Source of the DNA: an uncultured Planctomycetaceae bacterium | GTDB taxonomy: Bacteria; Planctomycetota; Planctomycetia; Planctomycetales; Planctomycetaceae | Reading direction: 5' to 3' | Assembly: GCA_963813715.1 (NCBI GenBank) | Contig: CAWFAK010000017.1 | Location: 672,001 to 736,000 of the forward strand | Length of the DNA: 64,000 nucleotides | In this document: positions 29,813 to 41,162 of the stretch, piece by piece | Layout: each line of letters begins with the position of its first letter | How positions within the stretch are numbered: the first letter of the stretch is position 1 | Position numbers and translations under genes: made by a program | The notes under the pieces: generated by a model | The model's input: only the letters and a program-made list of their open reading frames with translations | Database searches by the model: none | What the model was told of the DNA's origin: nothing

Positions 29813-31493
29813 TCAGGAGGTCGGCGAGAGCAGGGACTGCACCGACCGTCCGAGTCCGTGAAGCGCCTCTTCCGCGGCACGCACGCCGTGATATACGGCC
29901 TCCTCGCAGAGCGCGATGCCGCTGAGGTCGGTGCCGGCGAAATGAATTGAGCCGAAGGGTTCAGCCGCGCTCCGGCGGGCGGCGCTCCACACAAAACCGG
30001 GACGCGGTCGGACCATGGCGTGGCCCCACTTCATCACGTCGAGCCGCTCGACCAGCGACCGAATCTCGGGATGGGCCGGCTCGAGATCGCTCAGCACCAG
30101 CTCCGCGGCCTCGGTCCAGGTCATGTCGAGCAACCGCTGCCGGGCGGCGGTCATTTGTCGCGACCGCGTCGCCGGGAGGGCCGTCGCACAACGCGGTGTA
30201 CCAGGTGAGCACAGTCGGACCGTAATCGAGGCCCGCTTGATGCGTGGCCGTCACGTACCCGAGCGAGCGACTGTCGTAGAGCACGTTGTCCCAGGCGAGC
30301 GGGAAGTCCCGTTCGGCCGGCCGCGCGCGAAGGTGCAGATTGGCGACCAGCCACGGGCTGTACTGGAACTCACGCGCGTGCCGTTTGCGTTCGTCGGGCA
30401 GATCGCGAATTAAGTACGGGGCGAGAAACTGCGAGCCGGCGAAGATCGCGCGCTGGGCCCGCACGCCGACGACCTCGCCGGTCGTCACGTCGAGGGCGGT
30501 CACCTCGACTCGCCCGGCGTCGTGAATCCTGGTCTGGGCCACGTCGACCACGGCCATCCCGCAGCGCAGCTGGCTGCGAACGCGGTCGGCGAGATAGCGC
30601 ACGATCCGGCCGTTGCCCTCCGGCCAGGTGATGAGCGGCTGCGCTTCGCTCGCCGGCCCGCGGACCCGCGACGCGAAATAAAACAATCCGGCCCAGGCGC
30701 TCGTTTGTTCGCTCGTCGCTCCGTAGTCGTCCCGGCACGAATAATCGATCAGCCACAACAGCCGTGCCGAAGTCCAACCGTGCCGCCGCACCCACTCCGC
30801 CATTGAGAGCCCATCGAGGGCGGTCACCTCCGGATCGTCCGAGCCGTGGGGAACGGGGATCGCAAAAGCGCGGCGCCCTTTGCCGTCACGCCACTGAACC
30901 CAGCGGGCGATCTCGGCCCGAAAATCGCGGAGTTCGTCGAAATCGCGCGGCGTCGCCCCGGCCGAGGGATAAAGTCCCTCGTACCACGTCCCGTCGACAA
31001 ACACGCGTTCGCCAGGGTCGCGACACAAATACTGCTCGGCGACGACCGGGACTCCGGCGGCGTCGACTCGCTCGATCACTCCCATTTCGCGCAAGAGGGC
31101 GATCAGCGAGCGATTCTCCGGCAGCGGCACGGGGACATAGTGCGCACCCCAGGGATAGGCCGTGAGCGGCGACTGCCCGGAGCGCGACGTGCCCCCCGGC
31201 GCGCTTCCAACTCCAAGATCAGAAAGCGCTCGAGGCCGCTGCGCTTCAAGGCCCAGGCGGCCGCGAGTCCCGACATGCCGCCCCCGATGACGACGACGTC
31301 GCGTCTCTTGCCAGCGGTTGTTTGCCGGTCGAGGCCGAAAGCCGTCGCGGATTCGATGGCCGACGGCATAGTTCGGCGCGAGAATTTCCCCGGCCGGTGG
31401 CAGCGATGCGGCGCGTCCTTCGCAGCCGGCCAAGAGCCCGGCCGACGTGCCGAGCAATCCGGCCAGCAATTCGCGGCGACTCAGTCGGGGCAT
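29813..31493 (-). CDS. FAD-dependent (amine) oxidoreductase with Tat-like leader; frameshifts near 31300, 31205 and 30160
   Basis: LSRRELL leader; VVIGGGMSGL in ORF 31103; YPWGAHY; WGHAM...FAGTDLSG..EEA in ORF 29813. Confidence 0.85.
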
Positions 31494-31570
31494 GGCTGTT
31501 TTGTGCCGAGAGATTTCGCGGGCTTTTCGATCGTCGACGACCGGTTTGCGTTAGACGGTGCCGAGCGCGG

Positions 31571-33094
31571 TTAGTCCCACTTCCGCCATTCGGCGTCGTA
31601 GTAGCGGACCAGCGCCTGGTTATCCAGGCGGTTGATTTCGGTCTCGACCCGCTTGAGGTCCGTAGGAAATTCGAACAGCCCGGCGAGGGCCCCGCGATCG
31701 AGGAATCGGAGCTGCGGCGCGAGCGAGGCGGGGATTTCCGTGGGCGCGGTCGCGGGCTGCGGTGTCGCCAGGGCGAAGCCCCAAATCCCGAATGCCGGCA
31801 CCGTGACCTGAAACGGATGGACCCAGAAGCCGGCAGCCTCGAGCGTGCGAATGATGCACCAATACGACTTCGGCGCCACCAGCGGCGACGTGCACTGCAC
31901 GGCGACCGCTCCGCCCGGCGCGAGACGCGCCTGCAAAAGTCGGAAGAACCGAGTCGTGTAGAGCTTGCCGATCGAAAACGTGCCCGGATCGGGGAAGTCG
32001 ATGATCGCCGCGTCGAAGGTGTCACCCGATTCTTGCACCCAGAGGAAGGCGTCCTGATTGATGACGTGGACGCGCGGGTCGGCGAGCGAGTGCCCGTTCA
32101 GCTCGGCGAGCGCGGGATAGCGGTCGGCGAGCGCGGTCATGTCGGGATCGAGGTCAACCAGCGTCACTGATTCCACCGATGGGTGTCGCAGAATCTCCCG
32201 CACGGCCAGGCCGTCTCCGCCGCCCAGCACCAACACGCGCCGCGGCGACCGGGCCGTCAACAGCGCCGGATGGACGAGCGCTTCGTGGTAGCGGTACTCG
32301 TCGACGGAACTGAATTGCAGGTTACCGTTGAGATAGAGCTGAAAGCCCCCCTGCCCTTTGGTGATCACGATCCGCTGATACGGGCTCGACTTCGCATACA
32401 CAATCGGGTGGGGCAGCGTGTTTTCCTCGGCCAGCATGGTGAGCGCATCGGCCTTGAACAGGGCGATGGCCAAGAGGCCGATCACGATCCACGCGCGGGC
32501 CCGCAGGGCTCGCAGTCCCCGCTGTGCGAGCAGCGGCCGCAACAAGAAGGTTCCCCACAGGCCGACAGCCGCGTTGCCGATGCCGAATAGGAGCGACGTT
32601 CGCACGAGCCCCAACCGTGGGACGAAGAAGATCGGAAAGAGCAGCGACGCCACGAGGGCGCCCAGGTAATCGAACGAGAGCACGCGCGAGACCAGGTCGC
32701 GGAAGTCGACGTGGTCCTTGAGGATTCGCATCAAGAGCGGCAGCTCGAGTCCGACCAGCGTGCCGATGACCAGCACGATCGCGAAGAGCGCCACGCGGAA
32801 CCAGCTCAGGTAGGCAAACGCCAAAAACAAGAGCGGCGCCGACGCTCCGCCGATGAGCGCGACGCCCAGTTCGACTTCGATGAACGAACGGGCCAGCCCC
32901 TCGTCGATAAACCGCGACAGCCACGCTCCGATTCCCAGGGCGGACAGGTAAATGCCAATGATCAGCGAGAACTGCGTGACCGAGTCGCCCAGCACGTAGC
33001 TCGCCAAGGTCCCGGCCAGGAGCTCGTAGATCAGGCCGCACGTCGCCACGGCCAGGACGTTGAGGTACAGCAGAAAGAATGGGGCGCGGTTCAT
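31571..33094 (-). CDS. speE: Membrane-anchored polyamine aminopropyltransferase
   Basis: N-terminal TM block; [27 protein letters not shown]. Confidence 0.93.
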   Translation of the reverse strand: MNRAPFFLLYLNVLAVATCGLIYELLAGTLASYVLGDSVTQFSLIIGIYLSALGIGAWLSRFIDEGLARSFIEVELGVALIGGASAPLLFLAFAYLSWFRVALFAIVLVIGTLVGLELPLLMRILKDHVDFRDLVSRVLSFDYLGALVASLLFPIFFVPRLGLVRTSLLFGIGNAAVGLWGTFLLRPLLAQRGLRALRARAWIVIGLLAIALFKADALTMLAEENTLPHPIVYAKSSPYQRIVITKGQGGFQLYLNGNLQFSSVDEYRYHEALVHPALLTARSPRRVLVLGGGDGLAVREILRHPSVESVTLVDLDPDMTALADRYPALAELNGHSLADPRVHVINQDAFLWVQESGDTFDAAIIDFPDPGTFSIGKLYTTRFFRLLQARLAPGGAVAVQCTSPLVAPKSYWCIIRTLEAAGFWVHPFQVTVPAFGIWGFALATPQPATAPTEIPASLAPQLRFLDRGALAGLFEFPTDLKRVETEINRLDNQALVRYYDAEWRKWD

Positions 33095-33336
33095 GAGGGT
33101 CCGATTGCCGCCGCGATAATCAGCGAGACGCCGATGATGATCGCTCCGATGATGATGCCCAGGGCCGTGTTCTGGTCCTGTTCGATCTCACGGACGACGG
33201 CAAACGGCGCGAACTTGACGATCAGCCAGAACCAGACCGACAGCACGACGAGGCCGAGCGTGACGAACACGAAGGCCGCCACCAAGTGTTGGAACAGCAC
33301 CCGCATGAATTCCATGAAGTTCTCCCGATTGAGCAA
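33091..33336 (-). CDS. DUF350 membrane protein
   Basis: [30 protein letters not shown]; typical position before speE. Confidence 0.85.
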   Translation of the reverse strand: MLNRENFMEFMRVLFQHLVAAFVFVTLGLVVLSVWFWLIVKFAPFAVVREIEQDQNTALGIIIGAIIIGVSLIIAAAIGPS

Positions 33337-33388
33337 TCATTCGTTTGCATGAATCTCAGGCGACCGCCTGGCACATCGCCCGCCGAGC

Positions 33389-33601
33389 TTACTTGCCTCC
33401 GCCCCACGAACCGCCCGAGGAGCGTGACCCGCCGCTATAGGAAGGCCCGCCGAAATAAATGCCGGAGTAAGGCGAGGCGCGGTGAGCCCCCGCACCGGTC
33501 CCTGTAGCCGGGCCAGCTTTCCACCCGCGATACGCGGCCGTCGTCAGCCAACTCGTGGCGAACAGGCAGACGACGAGCTGCAGGATATTTAAGATTCTCA
33601 T
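33389..33601 (-). CDS. Small membrane protein with Gly-rich tail
   Basis: Hydrophobic N-terminus, ends SGGSWGGGK; lies within cluster. Confidence 0.7.
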   Translation of the reverse strand: MRILNILQLVVCLFATSWLTTAAYRGWKAGPATGTGAGAHRASPYSGIYFGGPSYSGGSRSSGGSWGGGK

Positions 33602-33649
33602 CGAGATCGGCCCTTCATTTTCACAGTCGGCGCATGACGCCCGAGATCG

Positions 33650-35167
33650 CTAGATCACGTTGCTGTTTTGCCAGCGGCGGCTCTCGAACGAGCCCCGATA
33701 AATCCAGGCGATGATCGGAATGATCGAAATCAACACGAGGGCGAAAAACAGGAAGCTCTGGTCAACCGGCGGCGTTTTGCGTGACGACAACACGATGTCG
33801 ATCAGGATCAGCACGATGCCGAACGCCACCCAGCTCAACGTGATCGGGCCGACGGCCGGCGCCGGTTGATTCATGCCGATCGACCAGCTCCGCCGCAGGT
33901 TGTGCACGCCAAACGCCTTCTCAATCTCGGCCGGTGGAACATAGACACCCAACGAGATGTTCTGCTCGCCTTGGCCCGTTTCGATCGAAAGGGCTTCCGG
34001 CGGGTGAATCAGGTCGCGGGTCTGCACTTCTTCGCCGACCTCAACCTTCCAGTAAAATTCGCCGATGACGTGCCGCACCGTCGCGAGGCCCGTTTGGAAC
34101 AAGCGAAAGGCCTTGCCGCCGTAGAAGGCGAAGTGCTGGCGGTCGTCGACGTCGCCCGGGGGGACCGGCGTCACGAAGTTCCAGTGGTCGTCACTGTGCA
34201 CGAGCCAGCGGAAGCCGGCGCTGGGGTTGTAGAGCAGGTATTCCTGCCAGCGATAAACGACTCCTTCTTCGGTGACGCTGCGCACCAGAAAGCCGATCAC
34301 GGTGTACGACGTGCCGGCGAACGTGCCCGTCGTGCCCATCGGGATCAAAGGCTCGATGCGGCTACGTTTCAGCGTCGATAGGTAGCGTAGATTGCCTTTC
34401 TCAACGTCGCTGAGGGCGCCGCAATACGGGCAGGCGATCCGCTGGGCGGCGTCCGGCGCGTGCAGTTCCAGCGAACCGCCGCACTGCGGACAGTTGAGCA
34501 ACAGCCCTTTGACTTCCTTGGGCGCCTTCGGTTCGGCGAACGCGGCGCTCGGCAAACCAAGACCCGCCAACGGCAGCTCGACGCCGATGTAGATCCGCGG
34601 CTCGGCATCGCTGTAGTCGAGCGTGGCGAATCGCTCCTGCGGACCGTAAAGATCGGCAAAGCGGACCGAAGTGCCCGGCTTGAATTGCCAGGGAATTTCC
34701 CCTTCTGCCGACCCCGCCACGGCCTCGTTCCGCTCTCCGACCTTCAGAACGCCGATCTTCTGACCCAGGTTGTACGATTGTCCGACGTCGAGTTGCTCAA
34801 AGGCCGGGACGTCGGTCGAGCTGTGCAGCGGCACTTCGAAGGTGACGTAAAACCGCCCCTGAGCCTCGGCCAGCCAGCCCCAACGTTCCCCGCCGAACGA
34901 CATGTACCATTCGTCCCACACGCCGCCGGCTGGATGCTGATATTGCACGCGGCCAACGAGCTCGTAGTTCTTGCCGCGATAGTTTCCCTGCAGGCCCAAT
35001 CGCAACGGCGATTGCGTGTCGACCAGGTCGGCGACTTTGCCTACGTCCTCGAGCGCCTTGTCACCCCGCGCGATGGCCGAATGGCAGTGCTCGCAGATCG
35101 TGACCAGCGACGACGCGACGTGAAACTCGACGATCGCCCCGCAGGACGGACAGTGCGCAACTTTCAT
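33650..35167 (-). CDS. DUF4178 protein (two Zn-ribbon + DUF4178 repeats, C-terminal TM)
   Basis: CPSCG..CEHC and CPQCG..CPYC ribbons; WDEWY/WQEYLL repeats; GEFYW. Confidence 0.85.
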   Translation of the reverse strand: MKVAHCPSCGAIVEFHVASSLVTICEHCHSAIARGDKALEDVGKVADLVDTQSPLRLGLQGNYRGKNYELVGRVQYQHPAGGVWDEWYMSFGGERWGWLAEAQGRFYVTFEVPLHSSTDVPAFEQLDVGQSYNLGQKIGVLKVGERNEAVAGSAEGEIPWQFKPGTSVRFADLYGPQERFATLDYSDAEPRIYIGVELPLAGLGLPSAAFAEPKAPKEVKGLLLNCPQCGGSLELHAPDAAQRIACPYCGALSDVEKGNLRYLSTLKRSRIEPLIPMGTTGTFAGTSYTVIGFLVRSVTEEGVVYRWQEYLLYNPSAGFRWLVHSDDHWNFVTPVPPGDVDDRQHFAFYGGKAFRLFQTGLATVRHVIGEFYWKVEVGEEVQTRDLIHPPEALSIETGQGEQNISLGVYVPPAEIEKAFGVHNLRRSWSIGMNQPAPAVGPITLSWVAFGIVLILIDIVLSSRKTPPVDQSFLFFALVLISIIPIIAWIYRGSFESRRWQNSNVI

Positions 35168-35634
35168 GGCTGGCACTCCTCGACCGGCAAGGAGTCGGCA
35201 GTTTGCACGCCGCGGGGGATCGCGCGGGCGACGACTTCTCCCGCTCCGAGCCGCCGCTCGAGAAATTCCTGCCAATCCCACGTGGGCCGCCGGCGACAGC
35301 AGTAGAGATTGAACGTCGCCCGGCCGTGCTCGGGAAAGGTATGGCAGGTCAGATGCGACTCGGCCAGCAGGTAGAGTCCAGTCACGCCGCCCGGTTCATC
35401 GCTCCCGGGGGGCGAGGGGAATTGATGCCAGTGCGGCTCGCCAATCACGCGCAACCGCAGCGCGGCCACCAGCTCTGCGCAGACATGCTGCAGATGGCGC
35501 AGGTCCGACAGCCGCCGTGCGTCACAGCCGGCCGCGTCGACAAGCCATTCGGTCCCCTCGAGCAGAGCCGCCGCTGTCGTCCCTGGGCTCTTCGAGCGCG
35601 TGGAGCGATCTTGCTCCGGGCGCAAACTTTGCAT
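35164..35634 (-). CDS. speD: S-adenosylmethionine decarboxylase proenzyme
   Basis: GGVTGLYLLAESHLTCHTFPE with ESH cleavage site; start approximate. Confidence 0.9.
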   Translation of the reverse strand: MQSLRPEQDRSTRSKSPGTTAAALLEGTEWLVDAAGCDARRLSDLRHLQHVCAELVAALRLRVIGEPHWHQFPSPPGSDEPGGVTGLYLLAESHLTCHTFPEHGRATFNLYCCRRRPTWDWQEFLERRLGAGEVVARAIPRGVQTADSLPVEECQP

Positions 35635-35737
35635 GGGCCAGATTCTGCCAAATCGGCAACGCTGCCGAAAGCACCTGTTCGTGAATTTCGAGGCACCCCG
35701 AAATTCAAGCAGTGTGCGAGACAACGCACGAAAGGGC

Positions 35738-36745
35738 CTAACGGTTCACGTTCTGCATGCCGCCCGGGGCATAGCGTTCTCCGGCGGCCGACCCGGAGGG
35801 AAGAATTGCATCGATCTGCGCCAGCTCGTCCGACGAGAATTTGATCTGTGCGGCCGCGAGGTTTTCGTCCAGATACTTGGACCGTTTCGTGCCGGGAATG
35901 GGCACGATGTCCGGCCCTTGGGCCAGCACCCAGGCCAGTGCCAACTGGCTTGGCGTGCAGCCCTTCGCGGCGGCCAGCTGCTTGATCTTGGCGACCAGCT
36001 CCAGATTCTTCGCGAAGTTCTCCCCCTGGAAGCGGGGCGAGTTGCGGCGGAAGTCGTCTGCCGGCAGGTCGTCAATCGTCTTGAACGCGCCGGTGAGAAA
36101 GCCGCGGCCCAGCGGACTGTAGGCGACGAACGCGATCCCCAGCTCGCGGACGGTGGGCAATAGCTCGACTTCGGGCTCGCGGCTCCAGAGCGAATATTCC
36201 GTCTGCAGCGCGGCGATTGGATGCACCTGGGCGGCCCGTCGAATCGTCGCCGGCGCGGCTTCCGACAGGCCGAGATAACGCACTTTCCCGGCCTGGACCA
36301 ATTCGGCCATCGCGCCGACGGTCTCTTCGATGGGCGTCTTGGCATCAACGCGGTGTTGATAATAGAGGTCGATCTGATCGACGCCGAGCCGCTTGAGGCT
36401 GGCGTCGCAGGCCTCTTTCACGTATTGCCGGTCTCCGCGGATCCCGAGAAATTCGCCCTTCGGTCCGCGGACGTTGGCAAACTTCGTCGCCAACACGACG
36501 TCCTGACGGCGACCGGCGATTGCCTTGCCCACCAGGACTTCGTTCTTGCCCGTGCCGTACACATCGGCCGTGTCGAGGAAATTTCCGCCCGCATCGAGGT
36601 AGCGGTGGATCACGCGGATCGACTCGGCATCGTCCATCTCGCCCGGCCCGTAAAACTCGCTCATTCCCATGCAGCCCAGCCCGATTGCGGAAACGCTCGG
36701 CCCGCGGGTGCCCAATTTGCGTGTTTGCGTCAATACCCGAGACAT
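35738..36745 (-). CDS. Aldo/keto reductase
   Basis: [37 protein letters not shown]. Confidence 0.95.
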   Translation of the reverse strand: MSRVLTQTRKLGTRGPSVSAIGLGCMGMSEFYGPGEMDDAESIRVIHRYLDAGGNFLDTADVYGTGKNEVLVGKAIAGRRQDVVLATKFANVRGPKGEFLGIRGDRQYVKEACDASLKRLGVDQIDLYYQHRVDAKTPIEETVGAMAELVQAGKVRYLGLSEAAPATIRRAAQVHPIAALQTEYSLWSREPEVELLPTVRELGIAFVAYSPLGRGFLTGAFKTIDDLPADDFRRNSPRFQGENFAKNLELVAKIKQLAAAKGCTPSQLALAWVLAQGPDIVPIPGTKRSKYLDENLAAAQIKFSSDELAQIDAILPSGSAAGERYAPGGMQNVNR

Positions 36746-36803
36746 TGGTTTCTCCCGATAATGGCCCGCACGGTCACGAGCGCAGTTCGCGAGCTGGAAC
36801 AAA

Positions 36804-37088
36804 ATGGTCGAACCCGAAGACGACGATTGGTGGAAGCACGGCCGCCCCCCCGACGAGTTCGAGGAAGAGCACGACGACGAAGTCTATGGATTGGAGGAGG
36901 ATGAGGACCCGGTCATCCCCTGCCCCAATTGCGGCAAGGAGGTCTTCGACGATGCCGAACAATGTCCGTCCTGCGGGCATTGGTTGGTCTCCGATCGCAG
37001 CCCGATGAGGGGCCGCCCGGGCTGGTTCCTCATCCTCGGCTTTGGCGGCGCGATCTTGGCAATTTTGCTGTGGCTGTTTTGGCGTTGA
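36804..37088 (+). CDS. Small acidic Zn-ribbon membrane protein
   Basis: CPNCG..CPSCG, acidic N-terminus, C-terminal TM. Confidence 0.7.
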   Translation: MVEPEDDDWWKHGRPPDEFEEEHDDEVYGLEEDEDPVIPCPNCGKEVFDDAEQCPSCGHWLVSDRSPMRGRPGWFLILGFGGAILAILLWLFWR

Positions 37089-37142
37089 TCCCGTCCGCGC
37101 GTGCGAGTCGTCTGCGCCGCCCGCCCTAGTCCTGACGTTCAC

Positions 37143-38064
37143 TTAGTGCTTGAGCTTGCTGTCGAAGAATTCAAACATCGCCTGGTCGGCGGCTACGGCG
37201 TCGTGACCGCGGAAGCCGTGACCGGCCCCGGGTAGCGTGAGCAGTTCAGCCTCGACAGTGGCGGCTTTCAATCGGTCGACGAGCCACTCGGCCTGCTCGT
37301 GCGCAACGTAATTATCCTTCGTGCCGTGAATGCACAGCGTGGGAGCGGCGTCGGGCGTCACCCAATAGAGCGGGCTGGCCTGAATGTGCAGTGCATGGGC
37401 GGTCTCCAGGTTGCCGCCCAGCCACAATGGCAGAACCTCGGCCGCGTCGACGCTCTTCCCGTACGACTTGGTGAAGTCGCTGGGGCCGAAGAAGTTCACG
37501 ACGCAGCTGACGCTGCTCGAATAATGCGGGTTGCCGCCGTGGCCCTCGAATCGCGGCACGTGCGCGGTCACGCCGAGAAACTGCGCGAGATGGCCGCCCG
37601 CCGAGCCTCCCATCACGCCGATCCGGTCCGGATTGATCTTGTAAGTGGCCGCGTTGGCCCGAAGCCAGCGGACCGCCGCCTTCGTATCGAAGATGGCGGC
37701 CGGAAACTTGTGCCGGGGAGCCAGGCGATACGTGATCGTCGCCGCGACATAGCCGCGCTCGGCCAACTTGATGCACAGCCCGTCGTACGACTGCCGGTCA
37801 CCCGCACGAAAGCCGCCACCGTGAATACACAAGAACGGCAGGGAACGGCCCCTCGCCCGTCTTGGGGCGAGCCAGATCGAGTTTCAAGGATTCGCCGCCA
37901 GGATTCGAGTATTCCACGTCGGGCTGCCAGATCACATCGTCCGGAACCTTCACGCCGTTCGGCAGTTTTTGTGCCGCGCCGGCCGCAGGCGAACCGGCGG
38001 TCGAGCAGAAGCCCCAAACGGCACAAACAAACAGGCAGCGGAACAGCGGGGAGATCGTCCTCAT
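37143..38064 (-). CDS. Secreted alpha/beta hydrolase (esterase), frameshift near 37832
   Basis: Signal peptide and LKLDLARP in ORF 37798; HGGGF, GGSAGG, HGTKD, GAGHG in ORF 37143. Confidence 0.88.
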
Positions 38065-38114
38065 TACTCTTACCTCGTGAAACAGGATCCATGGAGCCGG
38101 TTCGTCGGCTCGTC

Positions 38115-38861
38115 TCACAGCTGAATTCGCGAAAACAAATATCCGCCCAGGAACAACAGCAATGCCGCCACGGCGATCAGCACCGTGATATCGAGGGCCG
38201 GGTTGAAAAAGGCAACGCCGGTGAGCGCACCGCGCAGGCCGTCGACCCCGTACGACAGCGGGTTGAATCGCACCACGATGTTAAGCGCCGGCGGCAGATC
38301 GCGGAGCGGGAACAACGCGCCGGAAAGGAAAAACAGCGGCATCACCAGGAAATTCATGATCAGTTGAAAGCCCTGGAAGTCCGTCAGCATCGAGGCGATT
38401 GCCGTCCCCATCGAGGTAAACAAGATCGCCATCAAGGCCATAAACAGGAGAGCCAATGGCACCCCTGTCCAATCGACGATGCGGAAGCCCGCTGCGTAGC
38501 TGACGACGATCACCACCAGTCCCTGGAGAACGGCGACCGTCGCGCCCCCGAGCACGCGGCCCAACATGATCGTCAGCCGTGAGACCGGGGCTACCAGAGT
38601 TTCTTTCAAGAACCCGAACTGGCGGTCCCAGATCAGCTCGATGCCCGAGAAAACCGAAGTGAAGAGCACCGTCATGGCGACGATGCCGGGCGCCAGAAAC
38701 TGGATGTAGTTCCCCTGCCCCGCCTTTTGAAAAATGGGCCCCAGGCCGAAGCCCAGTCCGAGCAAGAACAACAGCGGCTGCCCCAGGGCGCCGATCACCC
38801 GCGCCTTCGAGCGGGCGTATCGCTTCAATTGCCTCAGCCAGAGTGCGGCAATCACGTTCAT
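38115..38861 (-). CDS. ABC-2 type permease
   Basis: FGFLKETLVAPVSR, FLSGALFP, NPLSYGVD. Confidence 0.9.
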   Translation of the reverse strand: MNVIAALWLRQLKRYARSKARVIGALGQPLLFLLGLGFGLGPIFQKAGQGNYIQFLAPGIVAMTVLFTSVFSGIELIWDRQFGFLKETLVAPVSRLTIMLGRVLGGATVAVLQGLVVIVVSYAAGFRIVDWTGVPLALLFMALMAILFTSMGTAIASMLTDFQGFQLIMNFLVMPLFFLSGALFPLRDLPPALNIVVRFNPLSYGVDGLRGALTGVAFFNPALDITVLIAVAALLLFLGGYLFSRIQL

Positions 38862-39655
38862 CGGCGTCTCCAAAGCCGGCTCATGTTCCGCATGCGATCG
38901 AGCGGGCTGGCCTCTTCGTCGCGGATCGATGAACCGGTAAGCGCCAGAAACGCCTGCTCGAGCGTCTCCGAACCGGTCTGCGTTTTGAGCTCGGCCGGCG
39001 AGCCCTGCGCGACGATCCGCCCGTGATCGATGATCGCCATCCGGTCGGCCACGCGGTCGGCCTCTTCCATGTAGTGCGTCGTGAGAAAGACCGTCACGTG
39101 CTGCTCCTCGTTGAGCTTGCGGACGTGCGTCCACAGATGGTTGCGCGTCTGCGGGTCGAGCCCGAGCGTCGGCTCGTCGAGAAACAGAATCTTGGGTGTG
39201 TGCAAGAGGCCGCGGGCGATTTCCAGCCGACGACGCATGCCGCCCGAAAACGTTTTGGCGCGATCGTTCCGACGGTCCCACAATTCGACGAGCTTCAGCA
39301 GCCCTTCGATCCGCTCGCTCCGGACCCGCCGCGGCACCTTGTAGAGGACGCCGTGAATATCCATGTTTTCGTAAGCGGTCAACTCGTCGTCGAGCGAGGG
39401 ATCCTGAAAGACGATGCCGAACCGCTTGCGGACCTCGTTTTGATTTGTGGTCGGATCGAGGCCGTCGATCTCCACCTTTCCGCTCGTCGCTTTCAAGAGC
39501 GTCGTCAGGATCTTGATGGTGGTCGTCTTGCCGGCCCCGTTGGGCCCGAGAAAGGCGAAGATCTCACCCGCCTCGACGTCGAACGAGATGTCGTCGACGG
39601 CCGTGAACGCGCCGTAGTTCTTGACGAGATGCTCGACGTGGATCATCGACGGCAT
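38858..39655 (-). CDS. ABC ATP-binding protein (DrrA-like)
   Basis: GPNGAGKT, FSGGM, FLDEPT, TTHYMEEA. Confidence 0.93.
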   Translation of the reverse strand: MPSMIHVEHLVKNYGAFTAVDDISFDVEAGEIFAFLGPNGAGKTTTIKILTTLLKATSGKVEIDGLDPTTNQNEVRKRFGIVFQDPSLDDELTAYENMDIHGVLYKVPRRVRSERIEGLLKLVELWDRRNDRAKTFSGGMRRRLEIARGLLHTPKILFLDEPTLGLDPQTRNHLWTHVRKLNEEQHVTVFLTTHYMEEADRVADRMAIIDHGRIVAQGSPAELKTQTGSETLEQAFLALTGSSIRDEEASPLDRMRNMSRLWRRR

Positions 39656-39785
39656 GCGGCCCCTCGGGCAAAGGCGTTCAGGCTATGTCATTGGTGTGCC
39701 ATGGTCCAGCGACGCCGCCCGATGAGACGTGGCTTGGTGGAGGCGCACTAAGGTTGGGCACTTCGAGCCCGCGGAGTCGTGGCAG

Positions 39786-41153
39786 CTATTCGGCGGCCGA
39801 CCCCGAGTCGACGTCCCGCGACGCTCGGCTGACGGCAACTGCGGGCAGCGGCTTGTTGTGCAACGCCGGAATCGAGAACGAAAAGAAAGCCGCCACCACA
39901 CCGCAGAAGATGAGATAGAAGGCGGGCGCAATCTCGTGGTGGGTGTGCTCGACCAGTGCAACCGCGACCAGGGGGGCCGTTCCGCTGAGCACGGCCTGGC
40001 CGACGTTGTACCCGATGGCAACTCCCGTGTAGCGCGTCTGCGTCGGGAAGAGTTCCACCATCGTCGCGCCCATGCAGCAACCGAACAGACTGCTCACCAC
40101 CGCGAAGGCCAGTCCGCCGGCAATCGCGGCTGCGAACGTGCCGCTGCTCATCATCGACATCAACGGGTACGACAACAGGGCGTAGCCGGCGGAGGCAGCC
40201 AAATACATCGGCCGGCGTCCCACGCGATCGGAAAGCAGCGCCAAGAGCGGAATCAAGACCAAGAGCGCGGATAGTGATATCGTACTGCTGGCAAAGGCCT
40301 GTTCCTTGGGCAGCGGGTGCGCGATCATCTGCGAGAGCCACGTCGGCAGCCAGACGAAAGGCAGGTAAAAGCCGACCGAGCTCAGCCCCGTCAGGCCAAT
40401 GGTCGTGATGATTGCGCCGCGGTCGCGGCGGAGCGCATCAGCGATCGGGTTGGCAGCCAGCTGTCCGGTTCGCCGCAGTTCGGCGAAATCAGGACTTTCG
40501 GCGATGCCCAACCGCAGCCAGAAGCCCAGCGCGCCGATCGCGAGTCCCGAAATGAAGGCCACCCGCCAACCCCAGGCGTGCAATTGGGTGTCGGAAAGCG
40601 CGAGTGTCGCCAGCGCCGCCACGGCCGAGCCGAGCAATGTGCCCAACACGACGGTGAAGCCGCTCCAGCTGCCATAAAAGGCTCGCCGATTCGGCGGCGC
40701 GTGCTCCGCAAGAAACGCGATCGATCCGATATACTCGCCGCCCACACTCAGCCCCTGCAGCATCCGCAGCAGCGTGAGCAAGATCGGCGCGGCCACTCCG
40801 ATCGTCGCATAGCCGGGCAGCAACCCCAGCAACGTCGTGGAGACGGCCATCACCAGGACTGAGAGTTCCAGCGCCCGTTTTCGGCCCAGCCGGTCGCCGA
40901 CTAATCCGAACAGCAGGCCACCAATCGGCCGCATCAAGAAGCCGGTGGCGAAGACCCCAAACGTGTCCAATAAGGACGCCATCCGGTCTCCGCCGGGAAA
41001 AAACTCGGCGGCGATGACGGAGGCGAAATAGCCGAACAGCCCGAAGTCGTACCACTCGAGCACGTTGCCGATCGCGCCGGCCAGGACCGTCCGCGTTCGG
41101 GAGGCCGATCGGGGCTGCTGATCGCGCGCCGTGCTGGGGTCAGCCTCCGTCAT
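39786..41153 (-). CDS. MFS transporter (ProP/MHS family)
   Basis: GNVLEWYDF, GDRLGRK, QGLSVGGE, ESPDF. Confidence 0.93.
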   Translation of the reverse strand: MTEADPSTARDQQPRSASRTRTVLAGAIGNVLEWYDFGLFGYFASVIAAEFFPGGDRMASLLDTFGVFATGFLMRPIGGLLFGLVGDRLGRKRALELSVLVMAVSTTLLGLLPGYATIGVAAPILLTLLRMLQGLSVGGEYIGSIAFLAEHAPPNRRAFYGSWSGFTVVLGTLLGSAVAALATLALSDTQLHAWGWRVAFISGLAIGALGFWLRLGIAESPDFAELRRTGQLAANPIADALRRDRGAIITTIGLTGLSSVGFYLPFVWLPTWLSQMIAHPLPKEQAFASSTISLSALLVLIPLLALLSDRVGRRPMYLAASAGYALLSYPLMSMMSSGTFAAAIAGGLAFAVVSSLFGCCMGATMVELFPTQTRYTGVAIGYNVGQAVLSGTAPLVAVALVEHTHHEIAPAFYLIFCGVVAAFFSFSIPALHNKPLPAVAVSRASRDVDSGSAAE

Positions 41154-41162
41154 GCGTGCCAA

